From NCBI RefSeq assembly GCF_006345805.1, contig NC_043008.1, positions 6,386,001-6,450,000 of the forward strand: a stretch of 64,000 nucleotides of DNA, written 5' to 3'. Both the position numbers and the translations under genes were made by a program. Positions 51,016 through 64,000 of this stretch are shown here, in pieces. Positions within the stretch are counted from its first letter, which is position 1. Each line of letters starts with the position of its first letter. The notes beneath the pieces are model-generated. The model did no database searches and was not told where the DNA came from. It worked only from the letters and a program-made list of their open reading frames with translations. This DNA comes from Octopus sinensis. Its lineage: Eukaryota.

Positions 51016-51569
51016 CTTCAAAGTGAATTCAAGTTCATCATTTCTATCATCATTATAATAATTGGAAATTCCTTGTTATTTCCTTCAATACTAACAGCAA
51101 CACTATGGCGGTGGCAATGGTATTGGTGGTGGTGGAGGTGGTATTGGCCGTGGTGAGAATTCAGATTCCTAATCTAAAAATCATCCCCAGAGTCATCACA
51201 AGTTCATAACAATTCAGTTTCCTTTTCTTTTAAGAATATCCAACTTTTTTGTTTGTTTTAGCTTTTGTTTTTTTTGTTTTTTTTTTTTATCTCATTCATT
51301 TTAATCATTTTTCCATCACTGAAATGGGTTGAATAGGACTGCAAATGCTGGAAATCACATGAATTGTTGATATAATGCACACGTGCACACACACACACAC
51401 ATGCACACATGCACCCCACACCCATAATTCCCCTCACACCCACACGCATACACACACATGCATACACATATGCACCCTCACCCATCCACCCACCCCCACC
51501 CATCCACCCACCCCCACCCACATACACACACGTGTACGCGCACGCACACACACACACACACACACAAGG

Positions 51570-51960
51570 CAATGAGCTGGCAGACTCGTTAGCACGCTGG
51601 GCAAAAGTGCTTAATGACATTTCATCTGTCTTCATGTTCTGAGTTCAAATTCCACCAGGGGTCAACTTAGCCTTTCATTTTGTCTCTGGCTCAATAGAAT
51701 AAGCCCTTAGTTAAGCGCTACAGCTGACATAATTATCTGTCCCCCTCCCCTTAAATTTCTGGCCTTGTTGCCTATAGCAGGAAGGATATTACACGCACAG
51801 AATCACTAACATTTCTGGGTGAAATGCTTAGCAGCATTTCATCTGTCTATAGGTTCTGAGTTCAAATCCTACTGGAATCAACTTTGCTTTTCATCCTCTC
51901 AGGGTCGATAAAATGAGTACCAGTGAAATTGCTGGCCTTGTGCCAAAATTTGAAATTCAT
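51570..51960 (+). mobile_element. Two tandem SINE family B copies
   Basis: Family B head and core. Confidence 0.75.
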
Positions 51961-52679
51961 ATTACATACACACACACACGCACACACTCAATTGTGTATT
52001 GTTTTTGTTGTTGAGAAGATGTGGTCGATGGCTCCCGAGGAAAACCTCTCCCAAATTAGATGTTTAAGAAATGGTTGTCTGTAATCTATGGGAAACCAGT
52101 AAAGAAAACTGGAATTGTCAACGCCGTTATTTATGGGAACGCACGGAACACATTAAGGGTAATAGGATTTTAAAACACTCAACATAATTCAATTTGTCAG
52201 TCGAATCAATACCCATCATGTTCGGCACTACCACCACCACCACCACTGTCATCACTGTTACCACCACCACCATCACCATCACTACCATCACTGCTACTTT
52301 CACTATCACCGCCTCCATCACCATCACTGCTGCCAATCAGTACTACCACCACCACCACCACCACCACCACAACCACCTCTGCTACTGTTACCACCACAAC
52401 CACTGGCACCACCACCACCACCACCACCACCACCTCTGCTACTGCTGCCACAACAACAATCATCATCATCACCAGTGTCATTTTCGTTGCTTAATCATCA
52501 CATCCATCACAATCACCATCACTACTGCCATCACCACAACCATTACCTTCCTCTTTACCCTCCTCCTCTTCCTCCACTTCCACCTTCTCTTCATTATCAA
52601 TAGTCTCACCTCTTTTCCATGATCATCATCACTGTATATGTATATATATATATATATATACACACATATATATATATAC

Positions 52680-52711
<32 letters not shown>

Positions 52712-52740
52712 CACATATATATATATACATATATATATAT

Positions 52741-52793
<53 letters not shown>

Positions 52794-52857
52794 ACATATA
52801 TACACATATATATATACATATGTATATATATATGTATGTGTGTGTATATATATATAT

Positions 52858-52892
<35 letters not shown>

Positions 52893-53138
52893 TGTAAGTA
52901 TGTATAATAGTGTACAAACAATTAAGTCTTTATACATGAAAGAGATGAACTTTGACAGGACACCTTACATGCTAGAAAGAGCAGTCAAAACCCAAGCCAC
53001 GAATAAATGCAATTTCAAAGAGAATGAAAATTAGAAATATTTTTATAGTAGTGGTCATGATGGTGATGGTGGTAGTGGTGGTGGCAAAGGTGGTGGTGAT
53101 AATGCAATTTAGTATATGAACATATACAAATGTTTACA

Positions 53139-53545
53139 TGGTGTGGTTGTGTGGTAAGAAGCTTGCTTCCCAACCACATGGTTCCAAGTTCAGTCCCACT
53201 GTGTGGTGCCCTGGTCAAGTGTCTTCTGCTATAGCCTCAGATCGACCAAAGCCTTGTGAGTGGATTTAGTAAATGGAAACTGAAAGAAGCCCATTGTATA
53301 TGTACATGTATATATCTATGGCTGTGTGTGTGCCTTTGTGTCTGTATTTGTCCCTCAACACCACTTGTCAGCCAGTGTTGGTGTGTTTATGTCCCTGTAG
53401 CCTAGCAGTTTGGCAAAAGAGACTGATAGAATAAGTACTAGGTTTTAGAAAAGAATAAAAAGTCCTAGGGTTGATTCATTTGACTAAAACCCTTCAAGGT
53501 GGTGCTCCAGCATGGCCACAATTAAATGAGTAAAACATAATAACA
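53139..53545 (+). mobile_element. SINE family A
   Basis: Family A head and tail. Confidence 0.85.
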
Positions 53546-54660
53546 GATAAAAGACATGTGAATATGCTAAATCATATGTAAGTTTGCAAATGTGTGTGTA
53601 AGTCTATGTCTACCTGTGTGTGTGTGTGTGTGTGTCTATGTCTACCTGTGTATGTATGTATTCAGTAAATAAAGTAAAATATTTATTTAAAATCTGTTTA
53701 GTGATTCTGTAAAGTGATTTGGGGTTTTAAAATCCAAAACTGTCAACAAGTTTCAAACAGACGGTTTCATCAGGTTTCCTGTAACCAGTGATGTGCTCAG
53801 CTCCATTAACATGGAACAACCAACACACGCAAAATCTAATCTACAACCAAGTGTGACTTAAACAACAACTCAGCATAAATAATTATCTACGAACCCTGTA
53901 GCAAGAGAACTATTACAGTAAATCTTAATGTATTTATTATTTTAAACTGTAACTAGTCATGCAGTATTGTAATTTATCCGTTTATGATCCCAGTCTGTGA
54001 AGAACAACATCTATGTTATGAAGCTATCATAAATCTCTACACAGCATCGTTAATATTCTTTCATCAGTAACAAAACTAATTACTTTACTGGCTGCTGTTT
54101 ATTATCTTTATATATTTTACTTATTTATTTTGGATTAATTCCATTAAAAAAGAGAGGGTTAATTTCTAACTAAATGACAAACCTACATCACTGAAATTCA
54201 GGCATCAACAATGCGGTGAAATCATATTCTAAAACTTAAAAAATTTTTTTTACATATTATTACCGTTTTCCTCATCGATGTTAACAGAATATGACAGAGT
54301 TCTGCATAATTTCTGTCTGATAAATTTCATTTACAAAATATTGCTTTCAAATTTTGGCACAAGGCCGGCCAGCAATGTTGGGGAATGGGATAAGCTAATT
54401 ACCTTGACCCCAGTGCTGAATTGGTATTTAGTTTATCAACCCTGAAAGGATGTAAGACAAGGTCAACCTGCACCAGGCCCCAGTCTTATTTTGTCATGGT
54501 TTTCTATGGCTGTATGCCTTTCCTAATTCCAACTACTCTGAGAGTGTAATGGATGCTTTTATGTGCCACCAGCATGGGGGCCATTCATGTGACACTGGTG
54601 ACTGCGATTTTGCTCAGCTTCATGGGTTTTCTTCTCAAGCATGATATAATGCCAAAGGTC

Positions 54661-54957
54661 TTGGTCATTGCCTCTGTGAGGCCCAACACTCGAAAGGAAC
54701 TCAGCCACTTTGCCTCCATGAGGCCCAGCACTCAAAAGGAACTTGGCTTCTTTGCCTCCATGAGACCCAAAACTCGAAAAGAACTTGGCCACTTTGCCTC
54801 CATGAGGCCCAACACTCAAAAGGAACTTGGCCACTTTGCCTCCATGAGGCCCACTGCTCAAAAGGAACTTGGCCACTTTGCCTCCATGAGACCCAACACT
54901 TGAAAAGGACTTGGCGACTATGCCTCCACGAGACCCAGTACTTGAAAGGAACTTGGT
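54661..54957. repeat. 42-bp tandem repeat, about 7 units
   Basis: Unit ttggccactttgcctccatgaggcccaacactcaaaaggaac. Confidence 0.9.
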
Positions 54958-55603
54958 GCTTATTTTATTGACTCTGAAAAGATATAAGGCAAAGTCGACC
55001 TCGGCGGAATTTGAACTTAAACATAAAGATGGACAAAATACTGCTTTGTATTTTTCCCAACGTGCCAGCTTGCTGCTTCATCTGTTTACAAAATATTGAT
55101 TAGCCCGAAGGTATGCTAGAAGACACTTGCTCCATCAAAGGCCACACAACTTTGCCTGCGTCCATATGAGAAGTGGATGGCATTACAAGAGTAATCACTA
55201 AAAAAAAGCAATAAAGATCTGGATGTGTACTCAAAAATCCAGCAACCCAGTAGGCTGTTGCAACATTTGTTTCACCTGTTTGTGTTGTCACAGTGTAAAG
55301 AAGAGATGATTCTAATAGAAAGATGGCTTTGATCAGGAAAGAAAAACAAAAACAGACAAACAAACTCAACACATCCTACAGAAATAACCCTATATAGAAC
55401 CTGCTAATGTTTGTGTATGTATGTGTATAAATGGTTGCATGTATGTGTGTATGTTTGTGATTAGTATGGGTAGGATATGTGTGGGGTGTGAGTGTGTGTG
55501 TGAGGCTGCATATGTTTATATATGTGGTGTTTGTGTGTGTGCGTTTATATGTGTGAATTATATGTGTGTGTATGTAAGTGGTGTGATCATGTGATTGGAA
55601 TGA

Positions 55604-55642
<39 letters not shown>

Positions 55643-55802
55643 TGTGTGTGTTGTGTGTGGGCGTGCGTGTGCATGCATGTGTGTGTGTATTGAGTGAGGG
55701 CAAAAGATTTAAAGTAAAAATGCTAAGGGCAAGAGTAAGCTTAAAAAAATAAACACAAAATATAGAAAAGAAAACTAAAACAAGCAGAAAATAAAGAAAG
55801 AT

Positions 55803-55847
<45 letters not shown>

Positions 55848-56400
55848 CGAATGAGAAATAAAGAGTGGAAAACCCATGCTAAGTGAAATCAAAAGGAGAA
55901 ATTATATTCCAAAGCTTTCATTTTTTCAATGCTTTGAGGAAAAAAACTGGTTTCAATTTCAGTGAAATAGCTGAAAGCAAATCAACTGTGTCCTTTAATT
56001 TAGTTTTGGTCTAATTAATTTTCCACTTTCTTTGTCATTACTTTGCTACTTGTTCTTACAAAACACTGCTCAACATTAACCCTTTCATTCTCCTGTGTTT
56101 GTTTTAGACTCACTCGAATGTTGCTAAATATCGATTACTTTTACCAAAGCAAAAAGGTAAATGTTTCAAACACGTTTTATCAACTGGGTCAAATGCAAAC
56201 CCTATTAATGGCTCTTTATTTGACATCTGCAGCATTTTATTTTTTACGCAAACTTGCACCTGTTTTGATTTAATTCCTCAAATCATTGAAATACCAACAA
56301 AAATTCTGTAATGGACAAACCGGTGAGTGAGTCTAGCCTTGGATGGTTCCACAGTCACAGAAAGAGATTCTATATTCTCTTTCTCAATTTCTCTTCAAAT

Positions 56401-56804
56401 AGGTGCAAGAGTGGCTGTGTGGTAAGTAGCTTGCTCACCAACCACATAGTTCCGAGTTCTGTCCCACTGTGTGGCACCTTGGGCAAGTGTCTTCTACTAT
56501 AGCCTCGGGCCGACCAAAGCCTTGTGAGTGGATTTGGTAGATGGAAAGTGAAAGAAGCCCGTCGTATATATGTATATATATGTGTGTGTGTATGTTTGTG
56601 TGTCTGTGTTTGTCCCCCCAACATCGCTTGACAACCGATGCTGGTGTGTTTATGTCCCTGTCACTTAGTGGTTCGGCAAGAGACTGATAGAATAAGTACT
56701 AGGCTTACAGAGAATGAGTCCCAGGATCGATTTGCTTGACTAAAGGCGGTGCTCAGAGCATGGCCACAGTCAAATGACTGAAACAAGTAAAAGAGTAAAA
56801 AGGA
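56401..56804 (+). mobile_element. SINE family A, full length
   Basis: High similarity to 10943-11375. Confidence 0.9.
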
Positions 56805-57251
56805 GTCCTTAGTCAGGTAAATTCCATTACGGAGCCGCAAACATTTCTATCAGCTAAATAAGGATACCAAGTCCTTCGACAAGTTTTCTGCCAGTTCCAT
56901 TTTCATACCTGATAATGGTGGAATATTTAACAGTCTTTTTCCACAGCTGTCTGTAGACAGATTTTTGGGAAAGTTAGCGGAAAGGAAAGCTTTCGATGAT
57001 TTTACTCTGTCTTTCATATTTGTTACTGATGTCTTTCATCAAACATTTGTTTTTATTTTATATCTTTCTTTTATCCAATTCCACTTGATATCAGGCTGAA
57101 GAATGGTAAAATAACAAGTAAATATTAATGGTAAGTAGCCTGAAGCAATCAGTTATATACCAACATATCACATTAAAAATGATGTCCAAAGATTGCAAGA
57201 TGGTAAATTAAGGATCATTTCTAGAGGATTTTGAGCTATAGAAAGGAGTAA

Positions 57252-57562
57252 AGACCCCCTTCGGTCATGAATGACTATGGGATTTCAACTAGAAAGTTCC
57301 TCTCTGGCCAAGGTTATTTATGGAAGACCAGCAGTTGCCCATGCATACCAGCCTCCTCTCTCCCTACCACCGATGTTGTCCAAGGGAAAGCCAAAGACTT
57401 GGCACCAGTGATGTCGCAACTAATTTCAACAGCCGAATGAACTGGAGCAACATGAAATAAAGTGTCTTGCTCAAGAACACAACACACAACCTGGTCCAGG
57501 AATCGAACTCACTACCTCACGCTTGTGAGCCTGATGCTCTAACCACTGAGCCATGCACCTCC
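57252..57562 (-). mobile_element. SINE family C
   Basis: Similar to 13021-13354. Confidence 0.82.
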
Positions 57563-57898
57563 TACTTATAATATGAACCTAAAGCAAGATTTACAACCTA
57601 TTTTTGCACAGTAGGTTTGCCAAATAAGGAAATGAAACTTGGCTGGGTTTGTGAAATTAAACACATACATAGAACCCACACATTAAGGATGTGAGTTATG
57701 CATAAAAAGTATGAATATTTGAAATCGATCCATTTTAGAGAATACTCTTTCTTTACCTGTTGCTATGCTGCAGGTAAAAATATTATTTGTTAATCATGCA
57801 GATACTTTTTTTTAAATAGACTTATATAATGAAATTTTTCATTAGTTTCTATGGTGACAACAATCTACTTATCTATCTTTCACACACACACACACACA

Positions 57899-57944
<46 letters not shown>

Positions 57945-58122
57945 AAAAACAACAAAAAGCATGGCACTGCATGCAAAAGTCAGGTGAGAATCCTAGAACA
58001 CTGAGAAAATGCTGTAATATTCACCAGAATTCCCCCATCAACTTATTAAAAACAGTAAAGGACCAGCTGCCAAAAATTAAGTCTATCCAAAGAAAATTCA
58101 ATCTCTATTATTATTATTATTA

Positions 58123-58151
<29 letters not shown>

Positions 58152-58154
<3 letters not shown>

Positions 58155-58668
58155 GTTTGACTTTTGCTTTGTATTTGTACAAGTTGGCTCCAAGTCTCAC
58201 CCAGAGACCTTAAGAAACAACAAGTTAGAAGTTCAAGTTGGTGTTATGCTTAGGGTGCCATATATTTGGTTTTGTACATAGTGTTGTTCTAGAGAATGTT
58301 TAAGAAAACATAAGAAAATTATGTTTGTTTTAAAACTTGAGTTTACATAGAAAGTATTTTACGTAGGATATGAGCAGTTCCCATGAGCACTATCTTTTGA
58401 ATTTCTGCCATTTTGGTGTTTCCTGGTATCTGAGCTAGGCAGCAATCAGCTCCTTTTGCTATCATTCCCAGGGCACCTATGACAACAGGTATTGTTTTAG
58501 TCTTCAGGTTCCACATTTTGCTGATTTCTATTTCCAGATCTTTATATTTGCTCAGTTTTAGGTAGGTCTTGACAGATACGTTTATATCAATTGGGACAGT
58601 CATATCAATGAGGAGGCATGATTTTTGTCTGAAGTCTTTCAATACGATATCTGGCCTATTTGCATCTT
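58152..58668 (-). mobile_element. 3' fragment of the R4/Dong-like element (RLE C-terminus + 3'UTR)
   Basis: Translation DANRPDIVLKDFRQKSCLLIDMTVP...AHILRKILSM is nearly identical to the end of the 15209-16024 ORF; same 3'UTR; TAA/ATT flanks. Confidence 0.92.
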
Positions 58669-58740
<72 letters not shown>

Positions 58741-61652
58741 CATTTTATACAAGAATCTTACATTTTGGGTTTTATTTCATTAGACACTGACCGGATAAAA
58801 TGAAAATTTGAACTTCTTGGATTATATTCATAATACTGAATATAACGAAGAATCAAGTTTTCCTATCTTTGTTCTCATCTCAACACTATTGAAGTTATGT
58901 ATCAACAGATTTCTGAAGAATATTCTTATTGTAATTCAGAGAAATCCTGACTTGGTATGTAACTATATTTGTTTCATGTTAAAGGTAGAAGAAAAAGAAA
59001 AAAAATCTATCACTTATTGGATATTGAACTTGTGCTTTCTAGAGAAAGAACTTACAGAAGTTCTCACTCAAAGGCTAAGTTCAGTTTTATCATTAACCTC
59101 TCAACTTCCCTACAAATGAAATTTTGTCTGTCAATTTTTTTTTCTTTAACCATAGCCATCATTTTGTATCAGTGTACGAGGTGTTTAATTCTGCTTCTAA
59201 GGTTCTGATCTAGTTTCTTGTTTAAATTGGTATCAGTAGGAAGAACGCCCAACTGGGAAATCATTTCTTCTATAACTAAATTTGCAATAGCCATCACATC
59301 AATAAACATTACATCTAAAACAAAATAACAAAAGTAAAATAAATGCATTTCAAATGATAATGCATATATTATCATTGTATCTGAAGATGAGTGATAGCAG
59401 TGTAGCCAAAACCAAATAATGGAAGTGATTTTATCAAGTATGGAATGGTGAAATATTCAAAACTTGTACTTGGAATAAGGGGATCAAAATATGATACCAT
59501 GTAGATTCCCTAATACTGATTGCAGTTCACTATCCCCCCCACCCCACACCCAAAACATATTTTGGTAAGTTCCAGTTATTTTCCATTCACTAAAAGCACC
59601 AGTGCTGGAACTGCATTAGTGCACCGGCACTGGTGCTGCATTAGTGCACCTGTGTTGGTGTTGCATAAATGCAACCTAGCCAGTGACATGTAAAAAGCAC
59701 CCAGCATACTCTGCTAAGTGGTGGGCATTTGGAAGGGCACCCAGCCGTAGAAGCCATGATACAGCAAACAGTTGGAGCCTGGATAGCTTCCTATTAGCCA
59801 GCCCCTGTCAAACTGTCCAACCCATGCCAGCATGAAAAGCAGACGTTAAGCAATGATGATGAGGATTTCTCACACCTTTCCTTTTTCTAAGCGTTAAAAA
59901 CAACAGCTTTTTTGGTAAATGCCCAAATTCCAGTTCAATCGATGCTTTCTTTTTTAACCGATAAGGCCAATATCTACACTCAATGAATGTAGTGTTAATC
60001 ACATCAACAATGATATCGTCATCATCATCATCATCATCACCATCATTATCATCCAGTGTTTTAAATCTGGAGTGGTTGGCGTTAGGAAGGGTATCCTGCT
60101 GTAGAAACTCTCCCATCTCTCACCAGCATGCACATACACACAAACTCACAAACACACACAAACTCACACACAAACACACAGTCTCACAAAAAACACATAC
60201 ACAAATAGACTCACAAACACACACACACAAAGACTCACAGACACACACACAAACAGACTCACACACACACAGACTCACACACACAAACAAACAAACAAGC
60301 CACACACACACACAAAAACACACACACTCACAAACACACACACACAAACCACACACTCACACATAAACTGACTCACAAACACACACACACACACACTCAC
60401 AGCAACACATACGCACACACCAGTCTCCATGCTTAGCCCCCCATCTTTTCTCATGACTAGAGTTTTACTTTATATCAATGTATAACAATTTTATTCATTT
60501 TTATACAATTTCATAAAACTAAGCTAAATAAATGAACACAAATTATTTAATTCTTTTTTCTGTTGGTGCCACTATAATTTCATTTCATCCTTGCAGACAA
60601 TAATAACCTGATTAGTTCTCTCTCAAGCAATTATTGGGTTTCATTTCCAACCACAATTTCATGGAATTTGAAACTTTAAACATTTTTTTTTTTTATAAAT
60701 TCTAAGTTTCTGCTTGTTTCTACACAACCTACCTCTTCACCTTTACCCCTCCCACTTCTACCCACCTAACTATTCCTTTCCACCCGTCGTCCTCTCCTCC
60801 TCCTCCTCTCTCTCTCTCCTCTACTCCACCTCTCTCCTCAGCTCTTTGATGCGTTCTTAAACCCTTCAAGCATCTGCAAACCTTGACCCATCTTTTGTTA
60901 GAATTTCATTTCAACCGTAACATTCTTCAGTTCTAACCCACCATCACTGTCACCACAACTACCACTGCTGCCATCACTGCTGCCGCCGCCACTGCCAATA
61001 CCACCACCACCACCACCACCACCGCCGCCGCCGCAACCATGCCCCACCTCCACCATCATGTTCATAACCATTATTACAACCATACAAAAACAAAAACAAA
61101 AAAAAGAACCCTACATTATTGCCCCTAACCCAGCTACATCCCCTGCCTCATCCCCCTGCTCCTTCACCATAATGCTATTTACAATATTTTATTTCTCTTG
61201 TTTCCTTCGTACCATTTCTACCAACAACTTGTTTCTCTTGGCGCTGAATTCTATCATCTATCAGATGTTTTCTTGCAGGAATAACAGTGTCATCCTATAC
61301 GCCACCTTCATCTGCATTCTTCATCAAAGAACTTCTAAAGGAGGTGGTGGAAGCTCTTTCACGGAACAGTTAATGGTTCATAGCCCAGTGACTGAGGTGG
61401 ACTTTAACCTGGGAACCATTATAATACCCTATTCCAAACCCTTACAATAGTAGCTAATAAGAGACCCCCCCCAAAAAAAAAACGAATTTTAAATTGATGT
61501 GTAATTCCGTGATGTGCATTTTGGTGCTGGGTATTTAGTGCAACAAAGAAAATTTCATTTGGTAGTGCCTGAAATAGAATGTGCTTTGAAGGGAGGATCA
61601 AAAAGGGGCTTTCACAACACGAGAGTCAATAATAATAATAGAAATAATAATA

Positions 61653-61691
<39 letters not shown>

Positions 61692-61814
61692 GTGATGTTG
61701 ATGGACTCTCCCCATCAAAAAGATGATGTATGAGTGTTCATCTTTTGCCAAACGACCTGCAGAAATGATTAGTTTATTGTGATCAAATGTTCGTGCCACA
61801 AATTAGCTCACTAA

Positions 61815-61965
61815 TTACAGTTCTAGATTTAAGAGATGAGGAATTATGTACATTATTTACATTTAACAGATATTTGTCCTCATCTTCTTTGTTGTTAACA
61901 CAACATTTGAGCTGATATACCCTCCAGCCTTCATCAGGTATCTTGGGGGAATTTTGAACCTGGTT
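61815..61965 (-). mobile_element. H1 hammerhead-tail element (mutated core at 61897-61942)
   Basis: Reverse complement of the H1 tail; CTGATGA intact but GAAAC changed to CAAAT. Confidence 0.75.
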
Positions 61966-62979
61966 TGGGTATGTGTATATGTGTGTAGTGTGTGTGTGTG
62001 TATAGTATGTGTGTAGTGTGTGAAGTGTGAGTTTGTGTGTATAGATATAGATATATGTGTGCATGTGTCTGTGTGTCTATATATATATATAGAGAGAGAG
62101 AGACAGAGAGATCTATATAGATAGATAGATAAACAGATAGACAAATAGATATATATAAATAGATAGATAGATATATGTGTGGGTGTGTGTATGTATGTAT
62201 GCATATATGCATGCATGCATGTATGTATGTATGCATGTATGTATGTATGCATGTATGTATGCATGCATGTATGTATGCATGTATGTATCTATGTATGTAT
62301 GTGTGCATGCCTGTATGTATGTATGTATATATGTATGTATGTATGCCTGCATGCATGTATGTATGCATGTATGTATGTATGCATGCATGTAAGTATGTAT
62401 ATATGTATGTATGCATGTGTGTATTGCTTTTTCTCTTAACTGATGTTGGTCAAAAGTAGACCATACTCTTCACCAATGTCAGATCAGAAGGAAAAGCTTC
62501 AGCCTTAAGTTTGTATAGATATATATATGTTCCTATGAAGATACACATAAAAAGTTTACCTTATTTGTTTCTAACACAATTTCTCATCGTGTAAGTATAG
62601 GAACATACACAAGCACACATACACATACACATATGAACTCGCACATTCTCTCTCCCCTCTCTGCCTGTCTATCAGTCTGTCTGTCTCTCTCTCTCTCTCT
62701 TTCTCTGGTGAAAGACAAAGTTGATCTCAGCAGAATTTAAACTCAAAGTCAGACAAAATGCCTCTAAGCATTTAGCTCTGCAAGGTAACCATTCTGCCAA
62801 GGTGGCTGTCTTCGTAAATGCAGGAAATATGTTTGATTGCTTACTTGTTTACCATAGAATGTTGAATTAGTACTTCCTTACAGCTACCAACACCAAAACA
62901 CCTGCTCACTAGAGGGATTCTGCTTTTTCAGAGCAGGGGTCTAGAGAGTGACTCTTAGAGAAACTAGATAGGGGAATCA

Positions 62980-63320
62980 TCATCATAATCATCGTTTAAG
63001 GTCTGCTTTCCATGCTAGCATGGGTTGGGCGAATGACTGAGGTCTGGTGAACCAGATGGCTGCACCAGGCTTCAGTCTTGATCTGGCAGAGTTTCTATAG
63101 CTGGATGCCCTTCCTAACGCCAACCACTCCGAGAGTGTAGCAGGTGCTTTTACGTGCCAGTCAGGCGGTACTGGCAACGACCTCGCACAAATCTTTTACA
63201 CATGCCACCAGCACAGGTGCCAGTAAGGCGATGCTGGTAACGATCACGCTCGAATGGTGTCTTTTACATGCTACCGGCACGGAGGCCAGATAGCCGCTCC
63301 GGCAACGATCACACTCCAAA
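62980..63320 (-). mobile_element. RTE-3'-tail copy with internal repeats
   Basis: Same tail family. Confidence 0.8.
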
Positions 63321-64000
63321 TAATACGAATTACTCAGCATATGTATATTTTATGTGCAAAAACAAGGAAAACTCTGCTTCTTTCACTCATTTTATTTGGT
63401 GGCTCTGGAAGCAGGGAAATATCTGGTCTAGAATAATCTGGAATATTTTTGGAAAGAATGCTACCCACTCACTTGGTACACATAACTTTTATTGCTGTGT
63501 CAGCAAGAAATTTCCAAGACTGCAGCTGTCTAGAAAACTGAACTGGAATTCTTCTGTTGCCAATGCAGCTCTTTGATAACTAATTCTAAGCTGTTAGCCA
63601 TTTATACCATTCCATAATTTTGGCTCCACATATTGCAAATGGCCTACAGTAACTCCTTAACAAGAAAACTCAGCTGTCATTTCGGTTACTGCACACAGGG
63701 CAATTACTTATTTGTTATGGGTTAATTATAAGTTAGTAGCTGTTAAAACCCTCCCATAAACTTTATTGGAATGTTTAACTTCAATTAACTTCTCTTAAAT
63801 TAAACTGAAATTTGTAACCAAAGCAAGCAGCCGGCAGTTTCCAAAGTAGCAATCTCACTGTGTGACCCAAACCGGTCATTGAGAATAAACCTCAATTGCC
63901 AGCTTACCCAAGTATGCTTCTCACTTTTATGAAACTTCAAGCAATGTGTCTCTGAGTAAACTGAATATCTAAGCAAGCTCCTCAACTGTCATTTTGGTTA

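Noticed and set aside
61277-61372. Protein-like reading GITVSSYTPPSSAFFIKELLKEVVEALSRNS after a ttgcAG
   Set aside because: The opposite strand shows a FFDEECR LINE-like motif with stops, so an exon cannot be distinguished from a decayed retroelement.

Overview
AT-rich, microsatellite-dense animal genomic DNA. The repeat families look like those of an octopod cephalopod (Octopus), which is an inference from recalled repeat families, not a database result. No intact host gene could be identified; a few small-exon candidates remain unverified. The window is dominated by mobile DNA: a near-intact 5'-truncated R4/Dong-type non-LTR element (RT plus restriction-like endonuclease) with two shorter copies, all in (TAA)n tracts; RTE-clade LINE fragments and short RTE-tail copies; at least four tRNA-derived SINE families; Tc1/mariner and hAT-like MITEs; a transposase relic; and a non-autonomous Helitron. 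The most interesting signal is three related families of short microsatellite-embedded elements carrying minimal type-I hammerhead ribozyme motifs (nine motifs in all, one with an intact core at 10243-10288). One family appears to join a tRNA-like Pol III head to the hammerhead tail. Other notable structures are an inverted partial copy of a candidate exon (a possible ADAR editing substrate) and a MITE sharing a near-identical 176-bp block with nearby DNA.
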